From a virus, in the IMG/VR virus record IMGVR_UViG_3300022539_000610, positions 50,032-114,031 of that record: a stretch of 64,000 bases of DNA. One strand, 5' to 3'. The translations under genes and the position numbers were made by a program. Below the pieces are notes generated by a model. The model was not told the DNA's origin. It searched no databases and saw only the letters and a program-made list of their open reading frames with translations. Shown piece by piece: positions 28,948-38,540 of the stretch (positions are counted from its first letter, which is position 1; every line of letters begins with the position of its first letter).

Positions 28948-30462
28948 CTATTCAAGAGAAGCACCATGAGGATGTATAATGTACTTATTGATAATCTTCT
29001 CAGCCACAGTTGTCGGAATCATGTGAAGCTCCGCAACCATCTCATTGTTATTAATACGATATGGAGTGTTGGTATCACTATCACACTTCACCTTAAAAGT
29101 AGTGATCCCTCGATTAGACGCAATCCACTCCAAAAATGGATTAACCAAATTCTCATACTGCCTCCAGGTGATCTCATCATGAGGCTCCCACTGCAAGTAT
29201 CGAACTGCAGTAGCGATTGCTTTTTCAGCATACATCAACATCCTAATGATATTCACATTCTGGAGCAGGGAGGGCTTCCTCTGAAGATTTTTGTTTCCAT
29301 CCACCAGAATTCCATCAACCGTCGAACGGATGGGATTAATGTTATTCATACTACCATAGGTAACCTCAATGTCCCCAACAGTCATATCGAATCTGACATC
29401 AAGTGTATCGTAGAGGATACCACGGTTAGGTCCCGCCGCTGCATACCATGGAAAGGCCACGCTATCAGAGAAAGCAAATATTCCTAACACTCTCACTGAG
29501 GGTGGCACCCAGATCTTTTCCTCATTGTAGGGATCATTAATCTGAATCCAAGGCCCATATATGGCAGCACGATTAGCCGAGGCCACAGGTGTAGTATATG
29601 CCCCAGTGCCCCTAACATAATTAACCATAGTGGCAGCTGTAGTAAGATCTGGGGTATCAAGAACAGCAAGACAATCTGCCCTTGCAACAGCAGTGACAAT
29701 CAAGTAAGCTGCAACAACATCATCATGGTTAAACCCTGGTGCCGATAACAGATTAACATCAACTGTGGTGGCATCAGCAAACAAATCAATACCTCCCGTT
29801 ATGTCAGAGGTACCGAGGGTGTCTGTTCCATCATCTCCCCCAGCCAAAAGCCAAGTAGTGGAAGCATCAGGCACAGCCTCTCCTGTCATTGCAAACTCAA
29901 TATACAGGGAGTTTTCATTGATAATCTTCTCTACATAACGACTGTCTGAGCTTTCATCAAAAACTATGTCTTCCCAGATCTCAAGTGGATCATCTTCATC
30001 TACGTCAGCCCCCAAAGCAAACACCTTTATATTATATACAGTCTCAGTGACTGCTGGGTCGGCTGTAGGCACAGTGTCTGTCTCCATAGTCACCTGAACA
30101 CCGTCTGCCCAGGTCCCTTCTGAAATTGCCCTAACCACCCCTATCTTCTGTGTTACAGAGTCTGCTGAGTAAATATCATCTTCAGCTTTATCTGCATTAC
30201 TGTCTCCAACTCTAACTATCTTTAGTTGGTTACCAAACCTCAAGAAATATAAAGCTGCATGAGCAGCTACCCCGTCATCTCCACTCAAAGGTTCTCCGAA
30301 GTCCTCAAGAAACTGAGGTCGACTAGTTACAAGCGTCACCTCATCCATTGGGCCTTTCGCAAAAGGACCAGTAATACCGCAGATTGAGGTTGAAATCATT
30401 GGTATATACAGACTTCGGTCTATCTCTTCTGAATACACACCAGGTGCAATGTATACAGCCAT
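28948..30462 (-). CDS. tail sheath protein (gp18-like)
   Basis: YIAPGVYSEEIDRS, GPFAKGP, WVPPS, PWYAAAGPNRG, INPI, VKCDSDTNTP. Confidence 0.96.
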   Translation of the reverse strand: MAVYIAPGVYSEEIDRSLYIPMISTSICGITGPFAKGPMDEVTLVTSRPQFLEDFGEPLSGDDGVAAHAALYFLRFGNQLKIVRVGDSNADKAEDDIYSADSVTQKIGVVRAISEGTWADGVQVTMETDTVPTADPAVTETVYNIKVFALGADVDEDDPLEIWEDIVFDESSDSRYVEKIINENSLYIEFAMTGEAVPDASTTWLLAGGDDGTDTLGTSDITGGIDLFADATTVDVNLLSAPGFNHDDVVAAYLIVTAVARADCLAVLDTPDLTTAATMVNYVRGTGAYTTPVASANRAAIYGPWIQINDPYNEEKIWVPPSVRVLGIFAFSDSVAFPWYAAAGPNRGILYDTLDVRFDMTVGDIEVTYGSMNNINPIRSTVDGILVDGNKNLQRKPSLLQNVNIIRMLMYAEKAIATAVRYLQWEPHDEITWRQYENLVNPFLEWIASNRGITTFKVKCDSDTNTPYRINNNEMVAELHMIPTTVAEKIINKYIIHPHGASLE

Positions 30463-30608
30463 AATCACTATCCTCCATTAAGCAACGTTCTCTCCGTCCA
30501 AAATTCAAACGTATACCTAATCCTTCACAGGTAGTGCTGTGGCAGTGATATACTTAAGATCATCCGGCTCAACAAACGTCTCAGGTTAAACTATTATCAA
30601 ATCTCCTT

Positions 30609-30809
30609 TCACAAACTAAAAAGTTCAATGTTTGAACTGCTAATAACGTTTCTATCGTAGACCTTCCTTGTCATCGGTAAAGGTCCTATCTCCCCTTTAC
30701 CAGTAATCCTTTTGTAAACACCTTTGCCTTCCTGATCTATAGCGACAAGGACTCGTACTGGGTACATCATTTTGTTTCTCACAAAAACTCGATTTAAGTT
30801 TATTTTCAT
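30609..30809 (-). CDS. hypothetical protein
   Basis: RBS GGAGG, basic 66-aa ORF. Confidence 0.5.
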   Translation of the reverse strand: MKINLNRVFVRNKMMYPVRVLVAIDQEGKGVYKRITGKGEIGPLPMTRKVYDRNVISSSNIELFSL

Positions 30810-30844
30810 TTCCCCCTCCTTCTTCTCTTATAGACTAAGTTATA

Positions 30845-31135
30845 CTACTCTTCCTCCACCCAGATATAATGAGCTCCGGCCACCCCTTTTGTGACATTAA
30901 AACCTTCATCTTCTAAAGTACGAGATATTATTCCAATATCAGTTCTAGTTAATACTGCCTCAAATGTAATCTCGTACCTCTTCTTCTTCTTATCATAGTC
31001 GATATCATCATAGAGTGCTTTCGCTTTCCTCAACGCATTCTGAATATCCTTAACCCGATCCTGCCCACCAGTTTTCCGAAGATGGGCAACTTCGTCACCA
31101 GTAAGTTTCTCTAGTAAGTTACTTGCTCTACTCAT
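30845..31135 (-). CDS. leader-tagged small protein
   Basis: MSRASNLLE. Confidence 0.75.
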   Translation of the reverse strand: MSRASNLLEKLTGDEVAHLRKTGGQDRVKDIQNALRKAKALYDDIDYDKKKKRYEITFEAVLTRTDIGIISRTLEDEGFNVTKGVAGAHYIWVEEE

Positions 31136-31167
31136 CTCTTAATCCTCCTCTGGAAAATCAATCTCTT

Positions 31168-31356
31168 TTATTTACGATTCATCTCCTTGGCCTTCTTCTC
31201 AGCTTCTTTCTTATCAGTAAAAGATGCAAAGGCCTTACCTTCACCTTTATCAGTATGAAATACACACCAGGTATCAGTTTTCTTATCATGGTCAACATAA
31301 TACTCACCAACTTCTTTTTTCTCAATTAAATTCAGTAATTCTTTTGCTCTACTCAT
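31168..31356 (-). CDS. leader-tagged small protein
   Basis: MSRAKELLNLIE. Confidence 0.75.
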   Translation of the reverse strand: MSRAKELLNLIEKKEVGEYYVDHDKKTDTWCVFHTDKGEGKAFASFTDKKEAEKKAKEMNRK

Positions 31357-31380
31357 TTTTCATTCTCCTTAATTGAATGG

Positions 31381-31848
31381 TTAATCCTCTGGAAAGTCAA
31401 TCTTTCTTATAGCTAAAGTGATAGTTGCCCTTTGCCTTCCTGTTGTCCGGTCTTTTGAGCCTTCAGCAACTGTCACCGGCCAAACTCCTCGTAACTTTGC
31501 CTCCGTAACAGTGTCTCCATCATCATTAACCCCAACCAGGGAACAGTCCTTAACGTTAGCTGTGTAGTCTATCTGTGCATCCTCCCTCCACTGTCGAAAA
31601 AACTGAATGACTTCCTTCTCCCAAAAAACAGAAAGACCAATCGACAAGTCAGCATAGATGTCCCTTCCTGGATACTTTACTGGAGGTCCACCAGGTCCCC
31701 AGACAACTTCAAACCCAGGAGAACTAACCTCTGGCAGTGGAAAGTCATCAAAGGATAAAATTAAACTATCCTTATCATCCCTATTAGTTACTGGGATCTC
31801 AAGTCTCCACTGTGAAGCTAAACTATATCCTGGAAACGCTATTGGCAT
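31381..31848 (-). CDS. second tail-tube-like (gp19/gp54-like) protein
   Basis: VKYPGRDIYADLSI, FFRQW, LRGVWP, ATITL. Confidence 0.75.
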   Translation of the reverse strand: MPIAFPGYSLASQWRLEIPVTNRDDKDSLILSFDDFPLPEVSSPGFEVVWGPGGPPVKYPGRDIYADLSIGLSVFWEKEVIQFFRQWREDAQIDYTANVKDCSLVGVNDDGDTVTEAKLRGVWPVTVAEGSKDRTTGRQRATITLAIRKIDFPED

Positions 31849-31850
31849 TA

Positions 31851-32036
31851 TTAAATAATCCGTGACCTTGTAAGTTGTCCCACTATAGAATCTACAAGAA
31901 TTTTAACATCCTTCTTCTCAAGTTTAACTCCACTCTGTATAGCTATCTTAATACCCTCTCTAATAGCGTCGGAGGTTCTCACATCCTTTACTAAACTTCC
32001 TTCAGTCTTTAACAACATATCACCTGCTTTGCTCAT
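31851..32036 (-). CDS. leader-tagged small protein
   Basis: MSKAGDMLLKTE, start after a GGAG RBS. Confidence 0.65.
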   Translation of the reverse strand: MSKAGDMLLKTEGSLVKDVRTSDAIREGIKIAIQSGVKLEKKDVKILVDSIVGQLTRSRII

Positions 32037-32064
32037 CTCACTCTCCATCATTTAGATTAAAATC

Positions 32065-32499
32065 TCAAAAATCCTTACTTAACCTTACATCTGACTCAAA
32101 CTTTTTCTTATCAACTTCATCCGAGGCAGTTAACTCTTTAAACCCAAAATCTTTATGTGAATCAATCGACTCTTTATTAGTTTTCTCTATATCGACATAA
32201 ACTTTTTTAAATCCATACTTCTTAGCCAGTGCTTCATAAGCCTTAGCAAGATACCCCTTACCACGAAATTCTTTAATTATACTTACTATTAGAAATGGTT
32301 CTTCCTTACCATGAATAAACCCAACTATTCCAACATTTTCACCATTGTCAACAACTGTATGAAATGTTCCTTCCTTCTCCCTAAGAAACATATGTTCATT
32401 CCCTCCAATAGAATTAAAAACAGATCTATCAAAAGGCATAAGAGTAATGGACTCAAACAAACTGTGAATTAAGGAAATCACTTGTTGAGCATGGTTCAT
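32065..32499 (-). CDS. GNAT acetyltransferase with leader
   Basis: EFRGKGYLAKA, NKESIDSHKDFGF; leader MNHAQQVISLIHSLFE. Confidence 0.8.
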   Translation of the reverse strand: MNHAQQVISLIHSLFESITLMPFDRSVFNSIGGNEHMFLREKEGTFHTVVDNGENVGIVGFIHGKEEPFLIVSIIKEFRGKGYLAKAYEALAKKYGFKKVYVDIEKTNKESIDSHKDFGFKELTASDEVDKKKFESDVRLSKDF

Positions 32500-32500
32500 G

Positions 32501-33172
32501 TTAGCTGCTCTCTACTGTCTCCCATAATTCACCCTCTTCCTCAAAATCTACATCATCCGCATCATGCCCATAAATCTTTGAAGAAGATGTAATGATAATC
32601 TGCCCTGTACTAGAGTCTACCAGAACAGGAACAAACAATCTTGCCACCCAATCAATCTTAAAAGCCGTGCCCACATCCTTTACATTATAAGCGCCAAAGG
32701 AGCCCAGGATTTCGTGAATAACTCTGGACTTAAACTCTATAAGTTGGTAAGTAAAGAGGACAGACCTGATCTTATACAAGTTCAAATAGTACAAACCTTC
32801 ACAAGCTTCAATGGTTGCAGCGTTGTTTGCAATGAGGTGGAAGTTACACTCACACGCTCCAAATCCAAAAGCTTTAACATCATAGGTGCCAGCAGTCTCA
32901 TTAATATCTCGTTCAATCAGTTCTCGAAACTCGTCATCTGGCTCTATCATCAATGGGCCTCGATTCCATTGAATTAGACACCAATTATCATCTAAGCTGC
33001 CTCCCTCTCTAAACCGAGCAACATCTCTCTTAAATCTTTCATCCCCTGGAGCGTCAGTGACAAATTCAACTGGAGTTAATACCCTATTCCTGATCCGTAC
33101 ATTTTCAGGCAGATAAGCACTAAAAGCAGATTTAATAGAATCTAAGTAAGGCTCTATTGCAAGGGAAAGCAT
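32501..33172 (-). CDS. tail completion / terminator-like protein
   Basis: Position in the neck cluster upstream of sheath; size. Confidence 0.45.
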   Translation of the reverse strand: MLSLAIEPYLDSIKSAFSAYLPENVRIRNRVLTPVEFVTDAPGDERFKRDVARFREGGSLDDNWCLIQWNRGPLMIEPDDEFRELIERDINETAGTYDVKAFGFGACECNFHLIANNAATIEACEGLYYLNLYKIRSVLFTYQLIEFKSRVIHEILGSFGAYNVKDVGTAFKIDWVARLFVPVLVDSSTGQIIITSSSKIYGHDADDVDFEEEGELWETVESS

Positions 33173-33579
33173 TAGTTATACCCTACCAACTCAAACTGGT
33201 GAACTAATTCTAAATGTTGTCCCGTAGTGGTTCTCCTGTTTAAGACTCTCAAGGTAAATTGATTATCATTCTCATTTACTACAATCTTAGCGTTCTCCTG
33301 CGGTATGTAACCCAAAGAGGCATCGATGGGAGTGAACAACTTGATTTCTCCAGGAGACCAATCGTCTTCAGCAGCAAATCTCAACTCATTCAACCCTGTT
33401 ATTAATAACTTACCTGAGTAGTCAGGAGTAGAGCCATAGTCAAAGGCTTGATCTTCCTCCCCATACAATGATGAGCTCCCATTGGGAGAATATACTTCAC
33501 TGTTAACCCCAAAGAGAGTTATGAAGATACCAAGGATCTTCCCATTTGATATTCTAAGGGCTTGTTCAATGCTTCGCAC
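33172..33579 (-). CDS. head-closure / neck protein
   Basis: SLYGEE motif as in gp14-like neck proteins; position. Confidence 0.5.
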   Translation of the reverse strand: MRSIEQALRISNGKILGIFITLFGVNSEVYSPNGSSSLYGEEDQAFDYGSTPDYSGKLLITGLNELRFAAEDDWSPGEIKLFTPIDASLGYIPQENAKIVVNENDNQFTLRVLNRRTTTGQHLELVHQFELVGYN

Positions 33580-33582
33580 TAA

Positions 33583-33873
33583 CTACTTCTCCTCGTGGCC
33601 ATAGGCATCATAACGATCAGCAGGACCTTCTACCTTGTCATCATCATTATTATTGTCACCAGAAGATTTCTTTCTCTCCCCGGGTGCACCTTTGCCAGTT
33701 AAAGGTTTCCCACATTCAGGACATTCTTTTTGATTACAAGGAGCACCCCTCTCGTGTTCCTCTTCGTAAGAACATTCAGGACAGACACACACATCTGTTC
33801 CTCCAGCTCCCAGTCTGGGGCCACCTTGTCCCTGTTGTTCTATTATTCCTAACACCTCTCTTGCTGTTACCAT
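33583..33873 (-). CDS. leader-tagged Cys-rich zinc-ribbon protein
   Basis: MVTAREVLGIIE, then GAGGTDVCVCPECSYEEEHERGAPCNQKECPECG. Confidence 0.75.
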   Translation of the reverse strand: MVTAREVLGIIEQQGQGGPRLGAGGTDVCVCPECSYEEEHERGAPCNQKECPECGKPLTGKGAPGERKKSSGDNNNDDDKVEGPADRYDAYGHEEK

Positions 33874-33894
33874 AAAGATCTCCTTTATTTCATA

Positions 33895-34464
33895 TTACTT
33901 CAAAAACCCTCGTGCCCTCATCGTCAAGGCCAGCATATACGTATGTTTGCAAGCTCCGGGCAATTTTCTCGGATTGACCGATGGCCTTGTTGTCGTCTTA
34001 CGAGCGTAAGGTCGTGGCTTTCTTCCCGCTGCTAAACTCCCGAATTGCCTTAGATACCACTCCGATCTATAATGAAAGCTGTCACAAGAACACCACACTG
34101 CTGCAGGATGTTTGTCTGCATCAAGTGGTTCCATCCAAACAGTCTTTCCAGGTTGTCCTTTCAATTCTACAGCAACAGGGATGGAATGCTTAGGGTCTCT
34201 TGTGTCTGCAAAGTCTACTCCATAAAAAATTATAGTCAAATCATATGCCGTACCCTCAGCACCGGTAGATCTTGCATCAAACCTCACCCATTTTGTTCCA
34301 GCATATGGTCTAACACTACGAATCTTTACATCTCGATCCTGCTTGAGTTCTCCCTTTAAGACCTTCTCAGTATTATTTAGAATCTGACGCAAAGTAAGCT
34401 TTGCTTTCCTTCTAAGCCTTCCTTCTCCTGCTTCCATTAATATTCTCTCCGCTCTTGATGTCAT
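33895..34464 (-). CDS. leader-tagged SWIM zinc-finger protein
   Basis: MTSRAERILME; VWCSCDSFHYR...NP..PGACKH. Confidence 0.8.
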   Translation of the reverse strand: MTSRAERILMEAGEGRLRRKAKLTLRQILNNTEKVLKGELKQDRDVKIRSVRPYAGTKWVRFDARSTGAEGTAYDLTIIFYGVDFADTRDPKHSIPVAVELKGQPGKTVWMEPLDADKHPAAVWCSCDSFHYRSEWYLRQFGSLAAGRKPRPYARKTTTRPSVNPRKLPGACKHTYMLALTMRARGFLK

Positions 34465-34478
34465 TAGATCTCCACAAG

Positions 34479-35108
34479 TTACTTAACCAGACCACCGTCA
34501 GCAAACACCTCAGCCGACCCCGACATAGTAGGAATAATGTTTTTCCCGATAGTTTCAAATCCTCTTACAGTCTCACCAAACCGTTTAGCATAACTACTAG
34601 CCTGTACCTTACTGAGGAAAAAACTTGTAAAGCCACTCTGTACTGTTCCTGCCCTGTAAAGTTTAATCTTCGCCTTCTCAAAATCACTCAAGGTCTTAAA
34701 TTTCCACTTCATAGTTGTAATCAAATCAGCCCATAGATAATTGCGAAGATCCCTAAAATTATTAAACAAGTAAGCTGCTTCTTCCCTTCCTTCTGGATCT
34801 ACACCACGAGTCCATTTATCAACTGACTGCGCAAACCCCCCTAATCTATCTGGTTCCTTTGTCAGATACCTCCCCTCTAAATCTTCCAAACTCTTCTTAG
34901 CTAGTTTAAATGCCTTCTTCACCTCCAATGAAGCTTCCTTATTAGTATCAGTAGCCATTCGGGCCATACCACTCACTGCATCCTTAACCCATCGTTCACT
35001 TTTTCCTTTATCAAACATATCTGCAATGAAACCAGGAAGCTGCTCTAATGCCCTCTTTTTCTGCTGTGCTGTGTCTACCGATGAAAGTATTACTCTGGCC
35101 CTGGACAT
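34479..35108 (-). CDS. leader-tagged protein with C-terminal ADP-ribosyltransferase-like motifs
   Basis: MSRARVIL; KLYRAG...FTSFFLSKVQASSYA...SAEVF (R-S-E layout). Confidence 0.5.
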   Translation of the reverse strand: MSRARVILSSVDTAQQKKRALEQLPGFIADMFDKGKSERWVKDAVSGMARMATDTNKEASLEVKKAFKLAKKSLEDLEGRYLTKEPDRLGGFAQSVDKWTRGVDPEGREEAAYLFNNFRDLRNYLWADLITTMKWKFKTLSDFEKAKIKLYRAGTVQSGFTSFFLSKVQASSYAKRFGETVRGFETIGKNIIPTMSGSAEVFADGGLVK

Positions 35109-35806
35109 TAAATATTCCCTAAAGCATCCCACCAACGACTTGCTCCACCTTCTTCGAGTTTGGTGATAGTCTCATTCCAAAGATCGGTTCCTTCAGACAC
35201 TAACTCAGTGGCATCCATATTGATAGGTAACTCCTCCAAAGTAAACGCTCGACGACTTCTTCCAAGAGCCTGGAGGAACTTTGCAACCACGAGATCAATA
35301 AACAACTTATCCTCTCCAAGGTCAAGAGTGGGGAGAGTAACCTCTTCTACAAGCCCAGGGCTGTCTTCAATCACTGTATAGGAGTGTTCATAATGTTCAA
35401 TGACCTCCATTAGTCCGTTCTCAGTCACGTAGAGAGTGGGCTTATCATAGCGCCATTGAAAGGCACGAGGGATTTCAAGAAGAGTAAACTCGTCTATCCT
35501 CTCCGACACCTCTCGCTGGGCAAACTGATATATACCAACAGCTCCAGCGACTTCAACAGGAGTCACACTAGAAACCCAATCAGGAATTCCATAAGGAAGT
35601 GCTACCGTATATATGTACTTTCTACTACTGACAGTAACGTTTCGAGTCGCAGTAAAAGTTCGGTACTGATCGTAGGTCTTGAGAACTCTCTTAGTCATCT
35701 TCCAGAACTTATCCGTATCAAGCAAGGTGTTAGATAGATCACCAAGAATAAACTCCCCACTCTCTATCATCACCAAATCTATGAGTTCTGTAAGTGTTGT
35801 GCTCAT
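35108..35806 (-). CDS. neck / head-tail adaptor (gp13-like)
   Basis: C-terminal ALGRSRRAF..ELPINMDATELVSEG resembles the gp13 pattern; position after MCP. Confidence 0.7.
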   Translation of the reverse strand: MSTTLTELIDLVMIESGEFILGDLSNTLLDTDKFWKMTKRVLKTYDQYRTFTATRNVTVSSRKYIYTVALPYGIPDWVSSVTPVEVAGAVGIYQFAQREVSERIDEFTLLEIPRAFQWRYDKPTLYVTENGLMEVIEHYEHSYTVIEDSPGLVEEVTLPTLDLGEDKLFIDLVVAKFLQALGRSRRAFTLEELPINMDATELVSEGTDLWNETITKLEEGGASRWWDALGNI

Positions 35807-36246
35807 TTATCAGTAGCACCCTGTAACAACCGCTTGATTAAGGTGTCTCTGTTTCCACTCACTAACAAGTTATGTTGACGACAAAAGGAGCGAAGTTCAG
35901 CTGCTGTTTTTCCATCAAGGTCTTCTTTAGTGAATGATGATACAAACTCCTCAGCAACAGGCTCCTCCCTCAACTCCTCCTCCACAATCTCCTGACCTGG
36001 GATAATAGAAGGTGTAGTCTCCACTTTCTTCGGTTTCTCCGCCTTAGGAGCTACAAACGTCTTCTCCTTTTTACCTTCCTTCACCGTTAGTTTAAAGGCG
36101 ACAAGATGTGGGTTAATAGAATTAATTTGCTCTCTTGTAAGTGGTTTAGACTCCTGCCCCCGTTTAAGAAAAATATCTTCCTGAAGTAGATTGTCTTCCT
36201 CTTTAGGTATCCTTATCCTGCCCTTAGTGTTGTTAACAATTATCAT
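35803..36246 (-). CDS. SAP-domain protein
   Basis: LDGKTAAELRSFCRQHNLLVSGNRDTLIKRL. Confidence 0.8.
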   Translation of the reverse strand: MIIVNNTKGRIRIPKEEDNLLQEDIFLKRGQESKPLTREQINSINPHLVAFKLTVKEGKKEKTFVAPKAEKPKKVETTPSIIPGQEIVEEELREEPVAEEFVSSFTKEDLDGKTAAELRSFCRQHNLLVSGNRDTLIKRLLQGATDK

Positions 36247-36334
36247 GACTTCTCTCCTTTAGTTGAAGTTTACAAAATCCACCTACTTTTAGGTGGCACA
36301 TATCTTCAAGTACATATTCATTCTAATCCTAACC

Positions 36335-36418
36335 TTTAAAACCTTGTCAGGACAGCAAAACACTGTCTAATTTCAATGATCTCCCTTAAACCTATACCTT
36401 TTGTATAGGCTTAAGGGA
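36335..36418 (+). repeat. dispersed intergenic element, copy 2, followed by a hairpin
   Basis: TTTAAAACCTTGTCAGGACAGCAAAACACTGTCTAATTTCAATGATCTCCC, then CCCTTAAACCTATAC-CTTTT-GTATAGGCTTAAGGG. Confidence 0.85.
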
Positions 36419-36449
36419 AAACTAGGGAGAAAGGTAAATCTCTCCCTAT
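36418..36449 (-). terminator. rho-independent terminator, duplicate of the MCP terminator
   Basis: Minus strand TAGGGAGAGATTTACCTTTCTCCCTAG followed by TTTT. Confidence 0.7.
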
Positions 36450-36493
36450 CATCATTTTCTTAGTTGCAGTTTAGTTTAAGAAACCAACTTAAG

Positions 36494-36892
36494 TTAAGTA
36501 CTCAAAAGATTAAGCCACCGCTCAGCCCTAAAACCTTCCTTTGAATACTCACCATCAGCATACATACAATACCGAAAAATTCTAGGGAGGAGCGTTCTCC
36601 TCACTTCTCGAATTCCATAATGATAATAAATTGCCGAACGTTCAAACTCTGTCCTGTTAGCAAGCTTCTCCGCAACCAATCTGACTTTACTATATCTCTT
36701 CATATTCTCAAGTAAAGTGCTTCCCAATCTCACAGCCCATCTCCACTTCGGATCAAACCGGGCTATTTCTAGTTTCACTTCTATTGAATAAAGCTCCTCG
36801 ATCATAAATCCAATCGGCCCAAGTCGATCAAGGGGTACTTTCTTATTTGGTCTACATAACAAACTAGGTAAATACTTTTTTATATTAAACAT
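36494..36892 (-). CDS. hypothetical protein between duplicated terminators
   Basis: 132-aa ORF with GGGAGG RBS. Confidence 0.65.
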   Translation of the reverse strand: MFNIKKYLPSLLCRPNKKVPLDRLGPIGFMIEELYSIEVKLEIARFDPKWRWAVRLGSTLLENMKRYSKVRLVAEKLANRTEFERSAIYYHYGIREVRRTLLPRIFRYCMYADGEYSKEGFRAERWLNLLST

Positions 36893-36909
36893 TTTTCTCC
36901 TCCCATTTT

Positions 36910-36942
36910 AAAAACTAGGGAGAAAAGTAAATCTCTCCCTAG
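36910..36942 (-). terminator. rho-independent terminator of the MCP gene
   Basis: Minus strand CTAGGGAGAGATTTACTTTTCTCCCTAG followed by TTTTT, 25 nt after the MCP stop. Confidence 0.85.
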
Positions 36943-36966
36943 TTCGCAATTCTCTCAAAGACTCTA

Positions 36967-37106
36967 TTAGCTGAAGTTAGTTACAACAATCCTAACTACG
37001 AAGTTAGGAACCACAACCTTCTGTGCTGCCCAAACTGCCGCAGCCTTCTGACTCAGGAGCGGGTTAGCTCCCGTGGGAAGTGCTGAAGTTACAACAAGCG
37101 GCATAT
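36967..37106 (-). CDS. major capsid protein, exon 3
   Basis: (Y)MPLVVTSALPTGANPLLSQKAAAVWAAQKVVVPNFVVRIVVTNFS*; continues the gp23-type YAPY-x-P motif. Confidence 0.9.
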
Positions 37107-37481
37107 CATTATCTTCATTAAAGTTCGTCACACTTTAATCGTAGCCAATTATACACTGACTACTGCTGCATCTTTTTGTATACATGCAGATGGGACTATC
37201 TCACAATCTATGGTATCAGCAACTTTCCATAGATCCTCACCGTTACTTCCTCCATTTAGAGCTTTACACTCTTTGACTAGAGGCTTTCTTACATCAGAAA
37301 TAGTAAACAACTTCTTCTAATGTTTTTAGTCTCTCAACCTTACAACTGTAGCCCTCATTTGCTTGAGGTTTAGCTACAGGATTTCGGCTCTTGTATTACC
37401 CCTACGCAGCCATACGAAGGGGTTCCACAGATTTAGGTAAGTTTTCCATTGAAGATTGCTCTTCAACGCCGCATATTTCAT
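37107..37481 (-). ncRNA. group I intron 2 in MCP (375 nt, no ORF)
   Basis: P1 CCGU|AU-GAAAU-AUGCGG with U.G at the junction; P2 UUGAAGA-GCAA-UCUUCAA; P3 CUUACC/GGUGAG; R GUUGAGAGACUA; S GAGAUAGUCC; terminal G; splicing restores CCG TAT ATG. Confidence 0.92.
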
Positions 37482-38540
37482 ACGGGGCGTACACTGCTGC
37501 AGCCTCGAAGGGGCTCGTGCCCTTGTAGAGACACAGCACGTGGTTGGCAGTAAGCACAGAATTACTAGGCACTCTCACTACTGTAATACCATCGAGGGTA
37601 CCATAGATGTGAGGACCAAGGGTGTTGCCATCAGAAATCTTGGTCCACCCAGGCAGCGTACCTATAATAGAAGCAGCACTTCGACCAGCAATCATTACAG
37701 AGATGGTTCCTCGGCCTGCAAGACCTAACATCAGGTTCTCAGCCCGCATTACAGCATCTTTAAATGACTGTTTATGCTCGAAATAGCTAACACCAGTTCC
37801 AGCAGTATTAGTCCAGTTGTAGCTATTAGTGGCTCCCCAAGTTGCATGGGCATTTACCAAGTTATAGATCAACGTGTTCATAACCTCAGCATTGATAGCA
37901 GAGATCAAATCCGACGCCAACTCATCCTCAGCAATCATCCCAAACCTACGCCGCAGGGCATAGGAGGCCTCTAAGCCAATGGTTTCCTTCAAAGCATACA
38001 CACATGCCATGATGGAATCAGACTCAAGATTCATATAAATCTGGGGTATATCAGTAGCAGCTGCCAGGTCCTGCTGGTAGTCAACATAAATCGTGTTGCC
38101 ATCACCAGGATCATTTTCCAACTCTACAACCAGGATACCAGTGGCGTAACCAACTGTTCCCTGGATATCGTAGCCTACCAGAACTCCTGCACCATTGTCT
38201 GTGGCGGTATACGTTGTGCCACCGTACGTTACAGTAACCGTGACCGTATAAGGTCGAATTGGCCTCAGTGCGAGAGGTATTGTATGGGTGTAACTCAGAT
38301 CACCATACTCTGTGGTCTCGTCAAACGCTACCTGGGTCTGACACGCACTGGCAAACTCCCTCGGGTACGCTTCTGCATGGGCACGAGGATCAAAGATCTT
38401 CTGCCCAGTAGTTACATTACCCTTGGTTGTTTGGGATAAAATGTTTTTGAAGTAGATGGTTCCCCTTTCCTCTGGGATCGCCTGAATACTAGCGCAAACC
38501 CCTATTGGGCTTGTTCCATATGCTACTGATATGACATCGA
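37482..38540 (-). CDS. major capsid protein (T4 gp23-like), exon 2
   Basis: DVISVAYGTSPIGVCASIQAIPEERGTIYF...DELASDLISAINAEVM...GTLDG.TV...LYKGTSPFEAAAVYAP; frame open upstream of the ORF-track start. Confidence 0.92.

Noticed and set aside
14883-30468. Extracellular contractile injection system or tailocin
   Set aside because: Terminase, portal, protease and capsid genes are contiguous with the tail genes, so this is a phage.
37402-37481. ORF-track C-terminus EICGVEEQSS...RMAA, and ASRAA* at 39936-39955, as protein ends
   Set aside because: These are read-through into intron sequence; splicing gives the conserved capsid sequence.
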